Source of the DNA: Mantamonas sphyraenae STR306
Taxonomy: Eukaryota; Protista; CRuMs
NCBI GenBank assembly: GCA_026936335.1
Contig: JAPMXV010000031.1
Coordinates: 1 to 64,000 of the forward strand
DNA: 64,000 bases
Reading direction: 5' to 3'
Shown: positions 1 through 11,191 of the stretch, piece after piece
Position numbering within the stretch: position 1 is the first letter of the stretch
How the letters are laid out: the number at the start of each line of letters is the position of its first letter
Program-made: the position numbers and the translations under genes
The notes under the pieces: generated by a model
Databases searched by the model: none
Told to the model about the DNA's origin: nothing
The model's input: the letters and a program-made list of their open reading frames with translations, nothing else

Positions 1-135
1 ACCCTAACCCTAACCCTACCCTAACTAACCCTAACCCTAACCCTAACCCATAACCCTAACCCTAACCTAACCCTAACCCTAACCCTAACCCTAACCCTAA
101 CCCTAACCCTAACCCTAACCCTAACCCTAACCCTA
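1..135. repeat. Telomeric repeat (CCCTAA)n = TTAGGG on the - strand; chromosome end
   Basis: About 22 tandem CCCTAA units, with a few variant units near the contig tip. Confidence 0.98.
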
Positions 136-411
136 CTCCCCCTGAATGATGGTCTATCATATGTGTGATGAGTCCGGTCTATGTCAAGTGAGTTGTGATT
201 GTGTCTGCTGCCTGGGTGGCTGAGTGGGGTGGTGACATGGGGCAGTGGGCAATGGCTGGGAGTGGAAATGTCGCTGGTGAGTGGCCGTCGTCCTGCAACG
301 CCGCGCAGTCAGCATTGCCCATCCGCCTCCAACCAAAATATCACCAACACCCACAACACCCTCCACCAGTCCAACACAATTCACATACCTTCCAGTACCA
401 CCACTACCACC

Positions 412-3400
412 ATGGACGAAGACTACTCAAGCACTCCGAAGCAACAACACACACCCAACACCTACCCAGCGTGCGTTCTGCCTTCCAGTCCGTTTTCTGA
501 CTGCTCGCTGCTCCCGCTTCCTTCCCTCCTCCGTGCCTCTGTCGCTTCCCTGCACTCCTCCCCTGCATCTCCACTTCCCCATCACCACCGCTGCTGCCGT
601 CTCCGCTCTTCTTCGATCCCCTCTCCCCTGTCACTGCCCTCCCCGTTGCCAGTTTCCCGGTCTGCCAATCTCCTCCGCTTTCCCTCTTTGCTCGTTTAGG
701 CCTCCCTTCACCCCCGCTTCTGCCCTGACGGCGTCCATTCCGCCTTTCGCTCACCGTTCCCGATCCGCCCTGCCCCTCCCCGTCTCCCCCATAGCCACGG
801 GTACATGGTCCCTCCCATGGCTGCCCAGCCGTTTCCGAACATGCTGCCCCTCTCTGGCGTACAAAACCCGTACCAGTACCCACAACCACCCATCATCTGG
901 GTCCCAGTCAACACCCACCCCCATCAGCACTACGCATATGCTCATCAGGGCCACCCATACTTCGTCTACCCTCCTCCGCCGCCTCCTCAGCCGCGACAAC
1001 CCGCCCAGGTGCACTTCGCTCAGCCTCCGTTGCACCCTCCCCCTGCTCAACCCACCACAAACCACAACCGCGTCCCCAAACGCGTCAGTCCTGCCTTTGT
1101 TGGCATCACACGGACCACATCCACCACTACATCGTCGTCCCCCACCCACCAGGGCACACGGCAGACTGGAGACAGCGACGACGACGCAGCCCAGTACACA
1201 CCCACACATGACACCGGCGACGTGGAGGACCTGATGTTCCTGAACTTTGGCCATCGTGGACCACGGTCGACCTCCAGCAAGTCAGAGTGGATAACCATCT
1301 CAGGGATGCAGGCGTACGAAGAATACGGCGAGGCAAACGACGCAACCCAGCAGCACGTGGACGACGAGTTGGAAACTCAGGGCCCACTCTTCATTGCAGA
1401 GACTGGTGATGCGATGGATGAGGAGTACATGCCGCCAGACGACAGCGACGACGACACGGACGACATCGAGCAGGAGGACAGGGACGAATGGCAGCCGAGA
1501 CGCACAAGTCGAGGTTATAGACGTCGACGCAGAGGCAGAAACGGCCGACGTATTAGTCCACAAACGAACAAAGGCAGCGGACAGAGCAGGCTCGGGTTCA
1601 CGGCTGGCAGTGGCACAGAGACAGGAACGTCGAGCACACGGGCAAGGAGGGCCAAGAACGGAGACACCGGCGCACGGAAGAAATCAGGCGTGAACAAGAC
1701 GAAGAAGTTGCCAGATGGTGTTGTGCGCAAAGGGTGGGCAGTTGGTGGAAATCATTGCGAGCGCAGCCACAGCAACAAGAAGGAGCACACGGCACTGCTG
1801 AACCACATGCACACTATGGCCTACCAGCATCCCATCGACGACATCTCAGACCTCATGACCCTGCAGGCGCGCGTTGTTGTCTGCCATGGCACCACGACCA
1901 CGCTGGTCCGACAGATTCAGCTCGCTCTGGGCAACATTCCCCTCTCCCAGGGCGACATGGCCTTCTTTCTCACCCTTCTCGGCCGTAACATGGATCACAA
2001 TGCGTGCGGCCTTGCCATCCTCAACGCTGGTCTGGCCATGGGCGTGACAAAGGCTGGGTTGAAAGTGTGCTGGCTGGAGGAGCCACACGACCACGGCGAC
2101 CCCAACTACGCCCTCCTCCACCTGCTCATGACAGAGATGGACACTCTCGGAGACAGGCTCCATCCCACCACCTGGAAGGAGCACGAGCAGACCCAGTTGT
2201 GGCTGCAGGAAGCACGACGCCCTGCTGACAACGACAGCGACCCACACTGGACACAATGCGACTACGACCACCACATCCGCACCACCGAGGTGGACAAGTG
2301 GCATCCAGAGTCTGTGCGCAGTGGCTGGAGCAAAGCCAACAGCGACGAGCGTGGCAGCTGCACGGCGCGGGAGTTCCAGACGCTGCTGGCACACATGAAG
2401 GCACGCGCAGCCAAGCACCCTCGCCATCAGTACACACACGAGCACCAGGCACTGCGTGAGCTGATCAACAACGGCAGCCTGAACTCCCTGCTGCGACACA
2501 TCATCCTGGCGCTTGGCAACGTTGCCGTGCCGCCTGTCGATCTGGCCTTCTTTGTACGCCTCCTCAGGCCACGACTCACCTACAAGCAGGTGCAAAGTGC
2601 CATCGGCAACACAATCGCCCGTGGCATCACCTCCCTCTCCCTCAAGATCGCCTGGCTCGACAAACCCAAACCCAGCGACGCCACACTGCACACCCTCCTC
2701 CACACCCTCATCGACCGCATCTCACCCCACATCACCACCCGTCCCACCCGCCGTTGACGCAGTCAACACCCTCGACATCCCCGAGCTTGTTCTGCCCGAG
2801 CCAACAGAGGAGGAGATGATGGCCGTGGAGGATGGACTGCCGGATGGCGTTGTGCGCAGTGGCTGGACATTCTGGCGCAAGAGCGAGCGCATGCACAGCA
2901 ACAAGAAGGAGCACACGGCACTGCTGAACCACATGCACATCCTGGCCAATGAGCATCCCATCGACGACATCCCAGATCTCATGACCCTGCAGGCGCGTGT
3001 TGTGGTCTGTCATGGCACCACGAAAACGCTGATCCGACAGATTCAGCTCGCTCTGGGCAACATTCCCCTCTCCCAGGGCGACATGGCCTTCTGCCTCACC
3101 CTTCTCAGCCATGACATCGATCAAAATGCGTGCAGTGCTGCCATCCCCAACGCTGGTCTGGCCATGGGTGTGACAAAGGCTGGGTTGAAGGTGTGCTGGC
3201 TGGAGGAGCCACACGAACACGGCGACCCCAACTACGCCCTCCTCCACCTGCTCATGGCAGAGATGGACACTCTCGGCGACAGACCCCATCCCACCACCTG
3301 GAAGGAGCACAAGCAGACCCAGCTGTGGCTGCAGAAAGCACGACGCCCTGCTGACAACGACAGCGACCCACACTGGACACAATGCGACTTTGACCACCAC

Positions 3401-4001
3401 CTCACCACCACCACGGTGGACAAGTGGCACCCTGAGTCTGTGCGCAGTGGTTGGAACTGTGCACCCACCAGCGACGAGCGTGGCAGCTGCACGGTGCGGG
3501 AGTTCCAGACGCTGCTAGCACACATGAAGGCACGCGCAGCCCAGCACCCTCGCCATCAGCATACACGCGAGGACAACGCACTTCGTGAACTGATCAACAA
3601 CGGCGACCTGCTGTCCCTGCTGCGACACATCATGCTGGCGCTGGGCAACGTTGGCGTGCCGCCTGTCGACCTGGCCTTCTTTGTCCGCCTTCTGAGACCA
3701 CGCCTCACCTACCAGCAGGTTCAACCTGCCATCAGCAACACCCTCACCCGCGGCGTCACCTCCCTCTCCCTCAAGATCGCCTGGCTCGACAACCCCACAC
3801 CCAGCGACGCCACACTGCACACCCTCCTCCACACCCTCATCGACCGCATCACACCCCACTTCACCACCCGCCCCACCACCATCGCACTCGTCAACGCCTA
3901 CCCCATCCCCTCCTTCACCCTCCCCAAGCGCAAAGACCTCTCTCCTCCTCCTCCTCTCCTCCTCCTCCTCCTCCTCCTCCAAACGCCAACGCCTCGAATG
4001 A
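412..4001 (+). CDS. Subtelomeric protein (~1,090 aa): P/Q/H-rich and acidic N-terminus, basic NLS-like patch, then four copies of an unrecognised ~170-190 aa domain (A-B-A-B)
   Basis: ATG 412; phase-2 intron 471-794 (gtgcgt...atag) joins in frame to ORF 805-2757. ORF 2513-4525 is joined by removing one C at 2747-2749 (repeat period 1129 nt = 376 codons + 1). Probable end KRQRLE-TGA at 4001 after a frame slip in the (TCC)n tract. Confidence 0.7.
1708..3910 (+). repeat. Intragenic tandem duplication, two ~1.13-kb units (about 1708-2836 and 2837-3910)
   Basis: Near-identical blocks, e.g. HSNKKEHTALLNHMH and SDATLHTLLHTLIDRI occur in both units at the nucleotide level. Confidence 0.95.
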
Positions 4002-4031
4002 ACCACCCTTTCATTCACACATCCCTCCCAC

Positions 4032-6122
4032 TCACCCTCCCCTCCCCACCCACCCAATCACCCTCTCCATCACCTCATCCGGCAGTGTCACCCACCCTCT
4101 CCCACCCTCCTGCCTCCACGTACTCCTCCATCCCTCCACACTCAAACATCACCTCCCTCTCCTCCCCATTCATCACCAACGCCACCTCCATCGCCTCATC
4201 CACCTGTCCATCCCATCCAATCCAATGCCACGCCTTTCTCCACCCTGCCTTCCTCACCATCTCCACCGCTTCCATCCTCGGCTTCGCACCCCACCACCGC
4301 AACACCTCAACCACTTCCTCATCCCCTCGCTTCACCCCTCTCTCCAGTGCATTCTCCGTCCCTCTCTCCCCTGCAAACGTGTCCACAGGCACACCCCACT
4401 CCATCAACTCTCTCATCTTCTGCACCTCCCCACACTCCACAAACTCCACATGCTGCTTCTTGTTTCTCTCCAACAGTGACTGCAACGCGTCATCGCGAAC
4501 GCCGTGGACTATCCAGCAGGACTGATTGCCATTCATCGCCTGAGCAAGTGTTGCGGCTCCTTCTGCCCCGATGGTGTTGCTGTCGAGGTTCAGTCTCTGC
4601 AAGCTGCTGTTCTCACTCAGTCCCTGCCCCAGTGCTGTTGCTCCTTCTGCTCCGATCATGTTCTTACTGAGGCCCAGTGTGTGCAAGCTGCTGTTTCCAC
4701 TCAGTTCCTGCGCCAGTGATGCTGCTCCTTCGTCCCCAATGCTGTTCCAGCCGAGGTCAAGTGTCTGCAAGCTGTTGTTCTGACTCAGTGCCTGCGCCAG
4801 TGCTGCTGCTCCTTCTGACCCGATGCTGTTTCCCAAGAGGTACAGTCTCTGCAAGCTGCAGTTCACACACAGGCCCTTGGCCAGCGCTGCTGCTCCTTCG
4901 TCCCGGATGCTGTTGCAGCCGAGGTCAAGTGTCTGCAAGCTGCTTTTCTCACTCAGTGCCCGCATCAGCGCGGCTGTTCCTTCATCTCCAAGGTCGTTGC
5001 CGCCGAGACTCAATGTCTGCAAGCTGCTTTTCTCACTCAGTGCCTCGCCCAGTGCCGCTGCTCCTTCTGCTCCGATGCTGTTGCTGCTTAGGACCAGTGT
5101 TTGCAAGCTGCTGTTCCCACAGAGTCTCTGCGCCAGTGCTACTGCTCCTTTGTCCCCAATTCTGTTGTTGCTTAGATTCAGCGTCTGCAAGACGCTGTTG
5201 ACACTCAGTACCTGCGCGAGTGCTACTGCTCCGCCATCCCCTGTGGCGTTGCTCTCGAGATTCAGATTCTGCAAGCTGGGGCTCTCGCTCAGGGCCTGCA
5301 CCAGCGCTGTTGCTCCTTCTGCTCCAATGTCGTTGTCGCTGAGGTTCAGCGTCTGCAAGCTGCTGACCACCCTTACTACCTGCGCAAGTGCGTCTGCTCC
5401 CTCCTTTCCAATCCTGTTGAGGCCGAGATTCAATGTCTGCAAGCTGCTGCTCTCATTCAGTCCCTGCACCAGCGCTGCTGCTCCTTCTGACCCAATGCGG
5501 TTGATGCTGACGTCCAGTGTCTGCAAACAGTTGTTCTCACTCAGTCCCTGCCCCAGTGCTGCTGCTCCTCCGTCACCGATGCTGTTGCGGCCGAGGTTCA
5601 GTGTCTGCAAGCTGCTGTCCTCACTCAGTGCCCGCCCCAGTGCTGCTGCGCCTGCTGCCCCGATTTTGTTTCGGTTGAGGTTCAGTGTCTCCAAGCTGGA
5701 GTCACCCAGCCCCTGCGCCAGTGCTGCTGCGCCTTCTGCCCCGATTCTGTTGCCACCGAGGTCCAGTGTCTGCAATTTGCTGTTCTCAGCCAGCACCTTG
5801 CCTAGTGCTGCTGCTCCTTCGTCCCCAATAATGTTGTCGCTGAGGTTCAATGCCTGCACATTCCGGTTCCCCTCCAGCGCCTTGGCAAGTGCCACAGCTT
5901 CGCTGCTTCCCAGCCCGATTTCAAGTAGCTCCAATTCCTGTGTGTGGCGTGTCAACACACGCGCTGGCCTTCATGCACACAAATTTGTGTTGCGGAAAAT
6001 CTCCTCCCTCCCGGCTCCCTCCCGCGCCCACTCACCCTTCCTTGAGCCTCCAAAGCTTCCACAATTCGCCCATGGTCCCCGCCTTGCAACAATTCCAACC
6101 ATTCGTGATCTCCCAAGCCCAT
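4032..6122 (-). CDS. RNI-type (28-aa) leucine-rich repeat protein with C-terminal ankyrin-like unit and terminal F-box-like motif, copy 1
   Basis: ATG 6122 (MGLGDHEW), intron 5938-6035, about 16 repeats of LQTLxLxxNxIGxEGAxALAxAL. Removing one G at 4095-4097 restores WVTLPDEVMERVIGWV as in the paralogue, with stop at 4032. Confidence 0.85.
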
Positions 6123-6302
6123 ATTTCCTGCGGTCCTGTGGACGTCAGCACCTCCAACGCCTCTCCTTCCCTCCCACACATGCGCACAAGGCCCCAATCC
6201 CCACCCCACCCTTCTCTACCCTGTATGACTGACTGTTCCAAGCTTTGCGTGTGCAAACAATGCGTTGGATGCTCCCACGCACGAAGGACAAACCACCCCC
6301 CT

Positions 6303-8138
6303 TCATTCCCCTCCCCTCCCCACCCACTGCACCACCCTCTCCATCACCTCATCCGGCAGTGTCACCCACCCTTCCCACCCTCTCTCCTCCACATACTCCT
6401 CCATCCCTCCACACTCAAACATCGCCTCCCTCTCCTCCCCATTCATCACCAACACCACCTCCATCGCCTCATCCACCTCCTCACCCCATCCAACCCAATG
6501 CCACGCCTTCCTCCACCCTTCCTCCCTCACCTTCTCCACCGTTTCCATCCTCGGCGTCACACCCCATGCTCGCAACACCTCCACCACACTCTCATCCCCT
6601 GCCTTGACTGCTCTCTCCAAGGCAGTCGTCCTCTCTCTGTCTCCTGCAAATGTGTCCACAGGCACACCCCACTCCCTCAACTCTTTCATCTTCTCCACAT
6701 CCCCACACACCACAAACTCCAAGTGTGCCCCTTTGTTTCTTTCCAACAGCGATTGCAGCGCTTCGTTTCGGATTCCTATGACGAACCAGCACGACCGATT
6801 GACTTCCATTGCCTGTGCCAGCGCTCTCGCTCCTGTGTCACCGATCCTGTTGCTACTGAGGTTCAGTGTCTGCAAGGTGCTGTTCTCACAAAGTGCGTGA
6901 CTGTGGCGCGTTGGTCGCTAACGATGCCGTTGTTGCCAGCACGATCCGAGTGCGGTTCTTTCATTGCCTGAGCGAGTGTTGCGGCTGCCTTCTGCGCTGA
7001 TCGCTGTTGTCGCTGATGTTCATATCTGCAGGCTGCTGCTCTTTCCCAGTGCCTTCGCAAGTGCTGCTGCTCCCTCTGCCCCGATGCTGTTTCCCCATAG
7101 TTGCAGGTTCTGCAGTCTGCTGTCCTCACCAATGGCATTTGCCAGTGCTGCAGCAGCTTTGTCACCGATTCCGTTGCCATGAAGGTTCAACATCTGCAAG
7201 CTGATGTTCTCACTCAACGCCTGTGCCAGTGCTGCCGCTCCTTCGTCGCCGATGCTGTTGCTGCCAAGGTGAAGTTCCTGCAAGCTGCTGCTCTTGCCTA
7301 GCGCGTTCGCCAGTGCTGCTGATCCTTCTGCCCCGATGCTGTTGCTCCATAGATCCAGCGTCTGCAAGCTGCTGTTCTCACTCAAGCCCAGTGCCAGTGC
7401 TGCTGCTCCTTCTGCCCCGATTTCGTTGTCACCGAGGTTCAGTGAAAGCAAGACCTTGTTTGAAATCAGCGCGTGTGCAAGTGCTGCTGCTCCTCCTGCC
7501 CCAATGCTGTTGCTCCAAAGGTGCAGACGCTGCAAGGCGTGGTTCTTCTCAAGGGAGTTGGCCAGGTCCTCTGCGCCGCCTTCCCCGATTGCGTTGCTGG
7601 TGAGGTCCAATGACCGCAAGCTCTCGTTTGCTCCCAACCCATCAGCCAATGCTGCTGCTCCCTTTGCCCCGATGTTGTTGCTCCAAAGCAGCAGGCTTCG
7701 CAAGGTTGTGTTCACGGAGAGCGCTTTGCCCAGAATTCCGGCTCCCTCCGCCCCAATTTCGTTGTCGCCGAGGTCCAGTGTTTCAAGGACCCGATTTCCA
7801 CACAGCACATTGGCCAGTGCTGCTGTTCCTCCTGCCCCGATTCCGTTCGTCCAAAGCTCCAACCGTGCGACCCGCAAAGTGTTTTCTGCAGCTGCAATCG
7901 CCAACTTTGCGACCCCTTGGTCACCAAGCTCGAGGTCACCAAGCACCAACTCCTGCACACCATGTATTAGCACAACACCATGGACTCCACACTACCCCTC
8001 AACAACGCGCCCGGAGGTTTATCCTCTTTGTCCGTTCCGCAACAATACCTTGTCCTCCAATGCCTCCAATGCATCACGAATCTGTTCATGGGTCCCACTC
8101 TGAAGCAGCTCCTTCCAGTCTACGTCGAACAAGCTCAT
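6303..8138 (-). pseudogene. Paralogous LRR-ankyrin-F-box-like gene, copy 2, disrupted at about 6880-7025
   Basis: ATG 8138 (MSLFDVDW); intron 7953-8048 at the same position as in copy 1; LRR ORF 7020-7973 and C-terminal ORF 6303-6875 are separated by several clustered indels and a garbled repeat. Confidence 0.65.
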
Positions 8139-8232
8139 CTTGTCCGGTATTCACGTGGCGCGGATCGCGAACCCTGGCGACCCTCAGCCCCACTCATTCA
8201 CCTCCAAACTCCCAGCCCTCACTCTCCTCACT

Positions 8233-10446
8233 CTATCTCCTTCGAATGTTAAACTCGTAGCGCGGCCCCACAGTGGGCAGGTCGGCGTCCAGCATGCTGT
8301 TCTCCAGCAAATCATCATCGTCAAGATCGGAAAACGCCGAGCGCGCGTCGTCGTTAAAGTCATTTTCAAGGTCGTCAAACGTGCCTGTTCGACGCGACGG
8401 GTACAGCCGTGCGCGCTCTGTGTCTGGAGGAGAGCCTGGTGCACTTGTCTGCGCGCCTGGCCAAGGCAAATGAAGCCAACCATCCCATTGTTCGCAGCGG
8501 CTGATACATGAGCGAATGGCACGATTGACCGGCTTGTGCACGACAACGTACACGTAGATGCAAAACACCATGAACAGCATGGGCAGCACGGTGACAAAGT
8601 ACACCTGCTTGCGCACCTGCACATCCTCCGCATGTTTGGGAGACGGAACGACGGCAGCGTTGCACACCTCACTGCTGGGCTCCAGCTCGGGGAGAGGAGC
8701 GTGGCACATCGTGCCGCTGATGCGGCGGTACCCCTTTGAAACGCGGCGTTGCCCGTCGATGCAGGCTGCCTCCTTGGGCTGGCAGACTTGGAGACAGCGA
8801 CCGTCGACGTGGCGGTCATAACAGACGTCACATTCGTAGTCTTCAGGCGTGCAGGGACAGGTGTGCAGCACAGCGTTCATGGGCTGCGCCACCGTGCACA
8901 CCTCGCTGGGTGCAGCGCGCGGCCATGTGTAGCTCCGGCCAAGGGCGCACTCGCTGCTCCAGTGAACAAGCTGCTTGTCTGTGCAAGGGCGTGCAATGTG
9001 CAGCCGTACCATGTGCGTGATGTGTGCCCACTTGCCGACAAGGACCAGGTCTCCCGGAGTGCCTGCCACAGCGTGCAGAAGCTGTACATGAAGGGTGAGG
9101 CCCAGTTTGTGGGTGTACCATGTCTGACCTTCGTCCCATGAGGCAATCACATGGTCGACGCCGTAGGCAGCGGCGGCAAGGACGGTCACTGCACCGCCGC
9201 GGGAAAACGCGCAGTGGTGCCTGCCTGCACGTACGTAGCGCCAGCGCGAGCCACCGGAGGAGGACATCCACGTGCCATTGTTTGCGGTGACACAGATGAA
9301 CCCCGGAGCATTGGGGTCCGTGTGCACATCCGAGGTGTCGTCGATTTGAAACGGCGTTGGACTCCACATGTTGCCGGCGTCGAACGAGAGCACCGAGAGG
9401 GCGGAGCCCGCGTTGTCCACGCGTGCAATGAGGAGGCCCGGGATGGCGTGCAGTGCACGCACCTGTACATTGGAGGCAGCATTTGCCGTGCCGAGAGCGC
9501 GGTTTAGGGACGGGACCATACGCCTGCGGTGGGCTCCGGCGGACACATAGAGCGTGCCAATGGACGTATCGTCCGGGTGCTGTACAAAAAGGAGGTCTGG
9601 TGTTGGCGGCGACTGGACTTCGAGGAGTACCGAGTCGGCGTTGTCAATGTTGCGCGAGGCGCGCACGCCGCGAAGCCTGCAAGGCTCGGTGCTGGAGCCT
9701 ATGAGACACATGCGTAACCTCTGCTCAGTGCGCTTGTGAGCGGCCACCGAGACGTAGAGGGCAGGCGAGTTGTGAGAGACACGGAAGCCAAGGACATTTG
9801 CCGCGAGCTGTGTGGGCTGACCACCGACAGGGTGCCACATCAGGGCGGGACCTCCGGCATGGCTTTGTATGTACAAGAGGACCGGGGCGTAGGGGTGAAA
9901 GTGGGCTGCGAGGACATCTGCAGCGACGAGGGACCAGGAGCGACCTGTGTCGGTTGACACGTGCACGGAGGTGCGACACCCAGAGGTGTCTTTGGTGAAG
10001 CAGGGCCGAGAGCGGGCGTAGGCCAACATGAGGTTGGTTTGGAGGTGGGAGAAGCGCACTCGTGTGATCAGGGTGGGCTGTGTGTCTGCAGTTGCAAAGG
10101 AGCGGCCTGCGTCTGTGCTGATCCAAATGCGTGTGCCGTGCGAGAGGAGAACGATGGAGGCGTCGTCGTGAAAGGCAGAGGCGACTCCCTTGGCGGCAGG
10201 ATTGTTGCCACGGCGGTAAGCGGTGTCGATGTCTGGCAGGGCGGCTGCGAGGTCGCGGCCTGTGGCGTCGAGGAGTTCGCCAGCGCTGGTGAGAAGCAGC
10301 GTGTTGTTTGCGAGTTGGAGGACGCGCAGGACAGGATTGGTGGTGTGCATGTCCATGAGGAGCTTGGGTGGGTCCACGCCTCGCGCACACGGGACGTAGT
10401 GGCCGAGTAGCAGGATGAGAAGCCAGAGAGAAGAGAGCCGGGACAT
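8233..10446 (-). CDS. VPS10: VPS10/sortilin-family sorting receptor
   Basis: Signal peptide MSRLSSLWLLILLLG; Asp-box repeats (STDAGRSF, STDTGRSW, SFDAGNMW, SWDEGQTW); 10CC module CPCTPEDYECD...GYRRISGTMC; one TM helix; acidic dileucine tail. Confidence 0.9.
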   Translation of the reverse strand: MSRLSSLWLLILLLGHYVPCARGVDPPKLLMDMHTTNPVLRVLQLANNTLLLTSAGELLDATGRDLAAALPDIDTAYRRGNNPAAKGVASAFHDDASIVLLSHGTRIWISTDAGRSFATADTQPTLITRVRFSHLQTNLMLAYARSRPCFTKDTSGCRTSVHVSTDTGRSWSLVAADVLAAHFHPYAPVLLYIQSHAGGPALMWHPVGGQPTQLAANVLGFRVSHNSPALYVSVAAHKRTEQRLRMCLIGSSTEPCRLRGVRASRNIDNADSVLLEVQSPPTPDLLFVQHPDDTSIGTLYVSAGAHRRRMVPSLNRALGTANAASNVQVRALHAIPGLLIARVDNAGSALSVLSFDAGNMWSPTPFQIDDTSDVHTDPNAPGFICVTANNGTWMSSSGGSRWRYVRAGRHHCAFSRGGAVTVLAAAAYGVDHVIASWDEGQTWYTHKLGLTLHVQLLHAVAGTPGDLVLVGKWAHITHMVRLHIARPCTDKQLVHWSSECALGRSYTWPRAAPSEVCTVAQPMNAVLHTCPCTPEDYECDVCYDRHVDGRCLQVCQPKEAACIDGQRRVSKGYRRISGTMCHAPLPELEPSSEVCNAAVVPSPKHAEDVQVRKQVYFVTVLPMLFMVFCIYVYVVVHKPVNRAIRSCISRCEQWDGWLHLPWPGAQTSAPGSPPDTERARLYPSRRTGTFDDLENDFNDDARSAFSDLDDDDLLENSMLDADLPTVGPRYEFNIRRR

Positions 10447-10482
10447 TCGTTGGATGCGCGGGCGCGTCCATAGACGAGGAGG

Positions 10483-11080
10483 ATGTCGTGCTGCAAGTGC
10501 GACCGCAGCACGGGCCTGTCGGGCAAGACGCTGACGCAGGTCGATGAGAAGATTGGGGAAATTGCAGAGATCTTCCCCGGGATGGCCACGTGTTGCATTG
10601 TGCGCGGAGATGGCGAGGTTGTGCGCGTCGTCGAGGGCCGCCAGAATGGACGCAAGAGTGGCGATGAGGACGGCAGCGAGGTAGTGGAGCTGGTCAGCAC
10701 CATCTCGAGCCTCAAACGCGCCGCGTTGCAATTTGGTAAGACACAGAAGGCGCACGAGGGCTGCTGCACCTAGAGGGGAATGGCGAAAACGGCGGGTTTC
10801 GGTCCAGCCGGCCACAGGGCGCGATCCTGACACGATGCGAGGATGTGCGCCACGCAAATATCCAGGCGAGACACTGTCACAGACACAGGTACCAGTAATC
10901 CACATCAAGGGCTCGTCGTACCTGTTCTCTTGCTACGACCTTGGCGACAACCTGCTCTCCTTCTACACGCTCATGCCGGCCAACGAGCTGGAGTTGTTTG
11001 ACCTCGTGGAAGCAGATGACCGTATGGAGGGTATTGTCGAAGATTTGGGCGTGTTGGTCGGCGGAGTCAGCGCGGAATGA
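10483..11080 (+). CDS. Roadblock/LC7 (MglB/LAMTOR-like) small protein with N-terminal Cys cluster
   Basis: Intron 10736-10865 joins ORFs 10483-10773 and 10733-11080; pattern IAEIFPGMATCCIVRGDGEVV...LVSTISSLKRAALQFGETL...VIHIKGSSYLFSCY. Confidence 0.6.
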
Positions 11081-11191
11081 ATGCAAACCTGTACAGCACA
11101 AACCCCGACCTGATCGCAGAGTGAGAACACCGGCACAAGAGGAAAGGCATTGCTATAGTGGCAGTTTCCCCCAATACACCACCGAGTGGCG

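Noticed and set aside
1-70. Variant telomere units (CCCTA, CTAA, CCCCTAA, CCTAA)
   Set aside because: Located at the low-coverage contig tip and of homopolymer type; probably read errors
160-225. GTGATGAGTCC resembling a hammerhead core or C box
   Set aside because: No GAAA core partner or supporting stems
4520-7900. Regular 84-bp periodicity resembling a CRISPR or satellite array
   Set aside because: It is the coding periodicity of 28-aa LRR units
136-8200. Telomere-associated retroelement or helicase element
   Set aside because: No reverse transcriptase, endonuclease, integrase or helicase motifs seen
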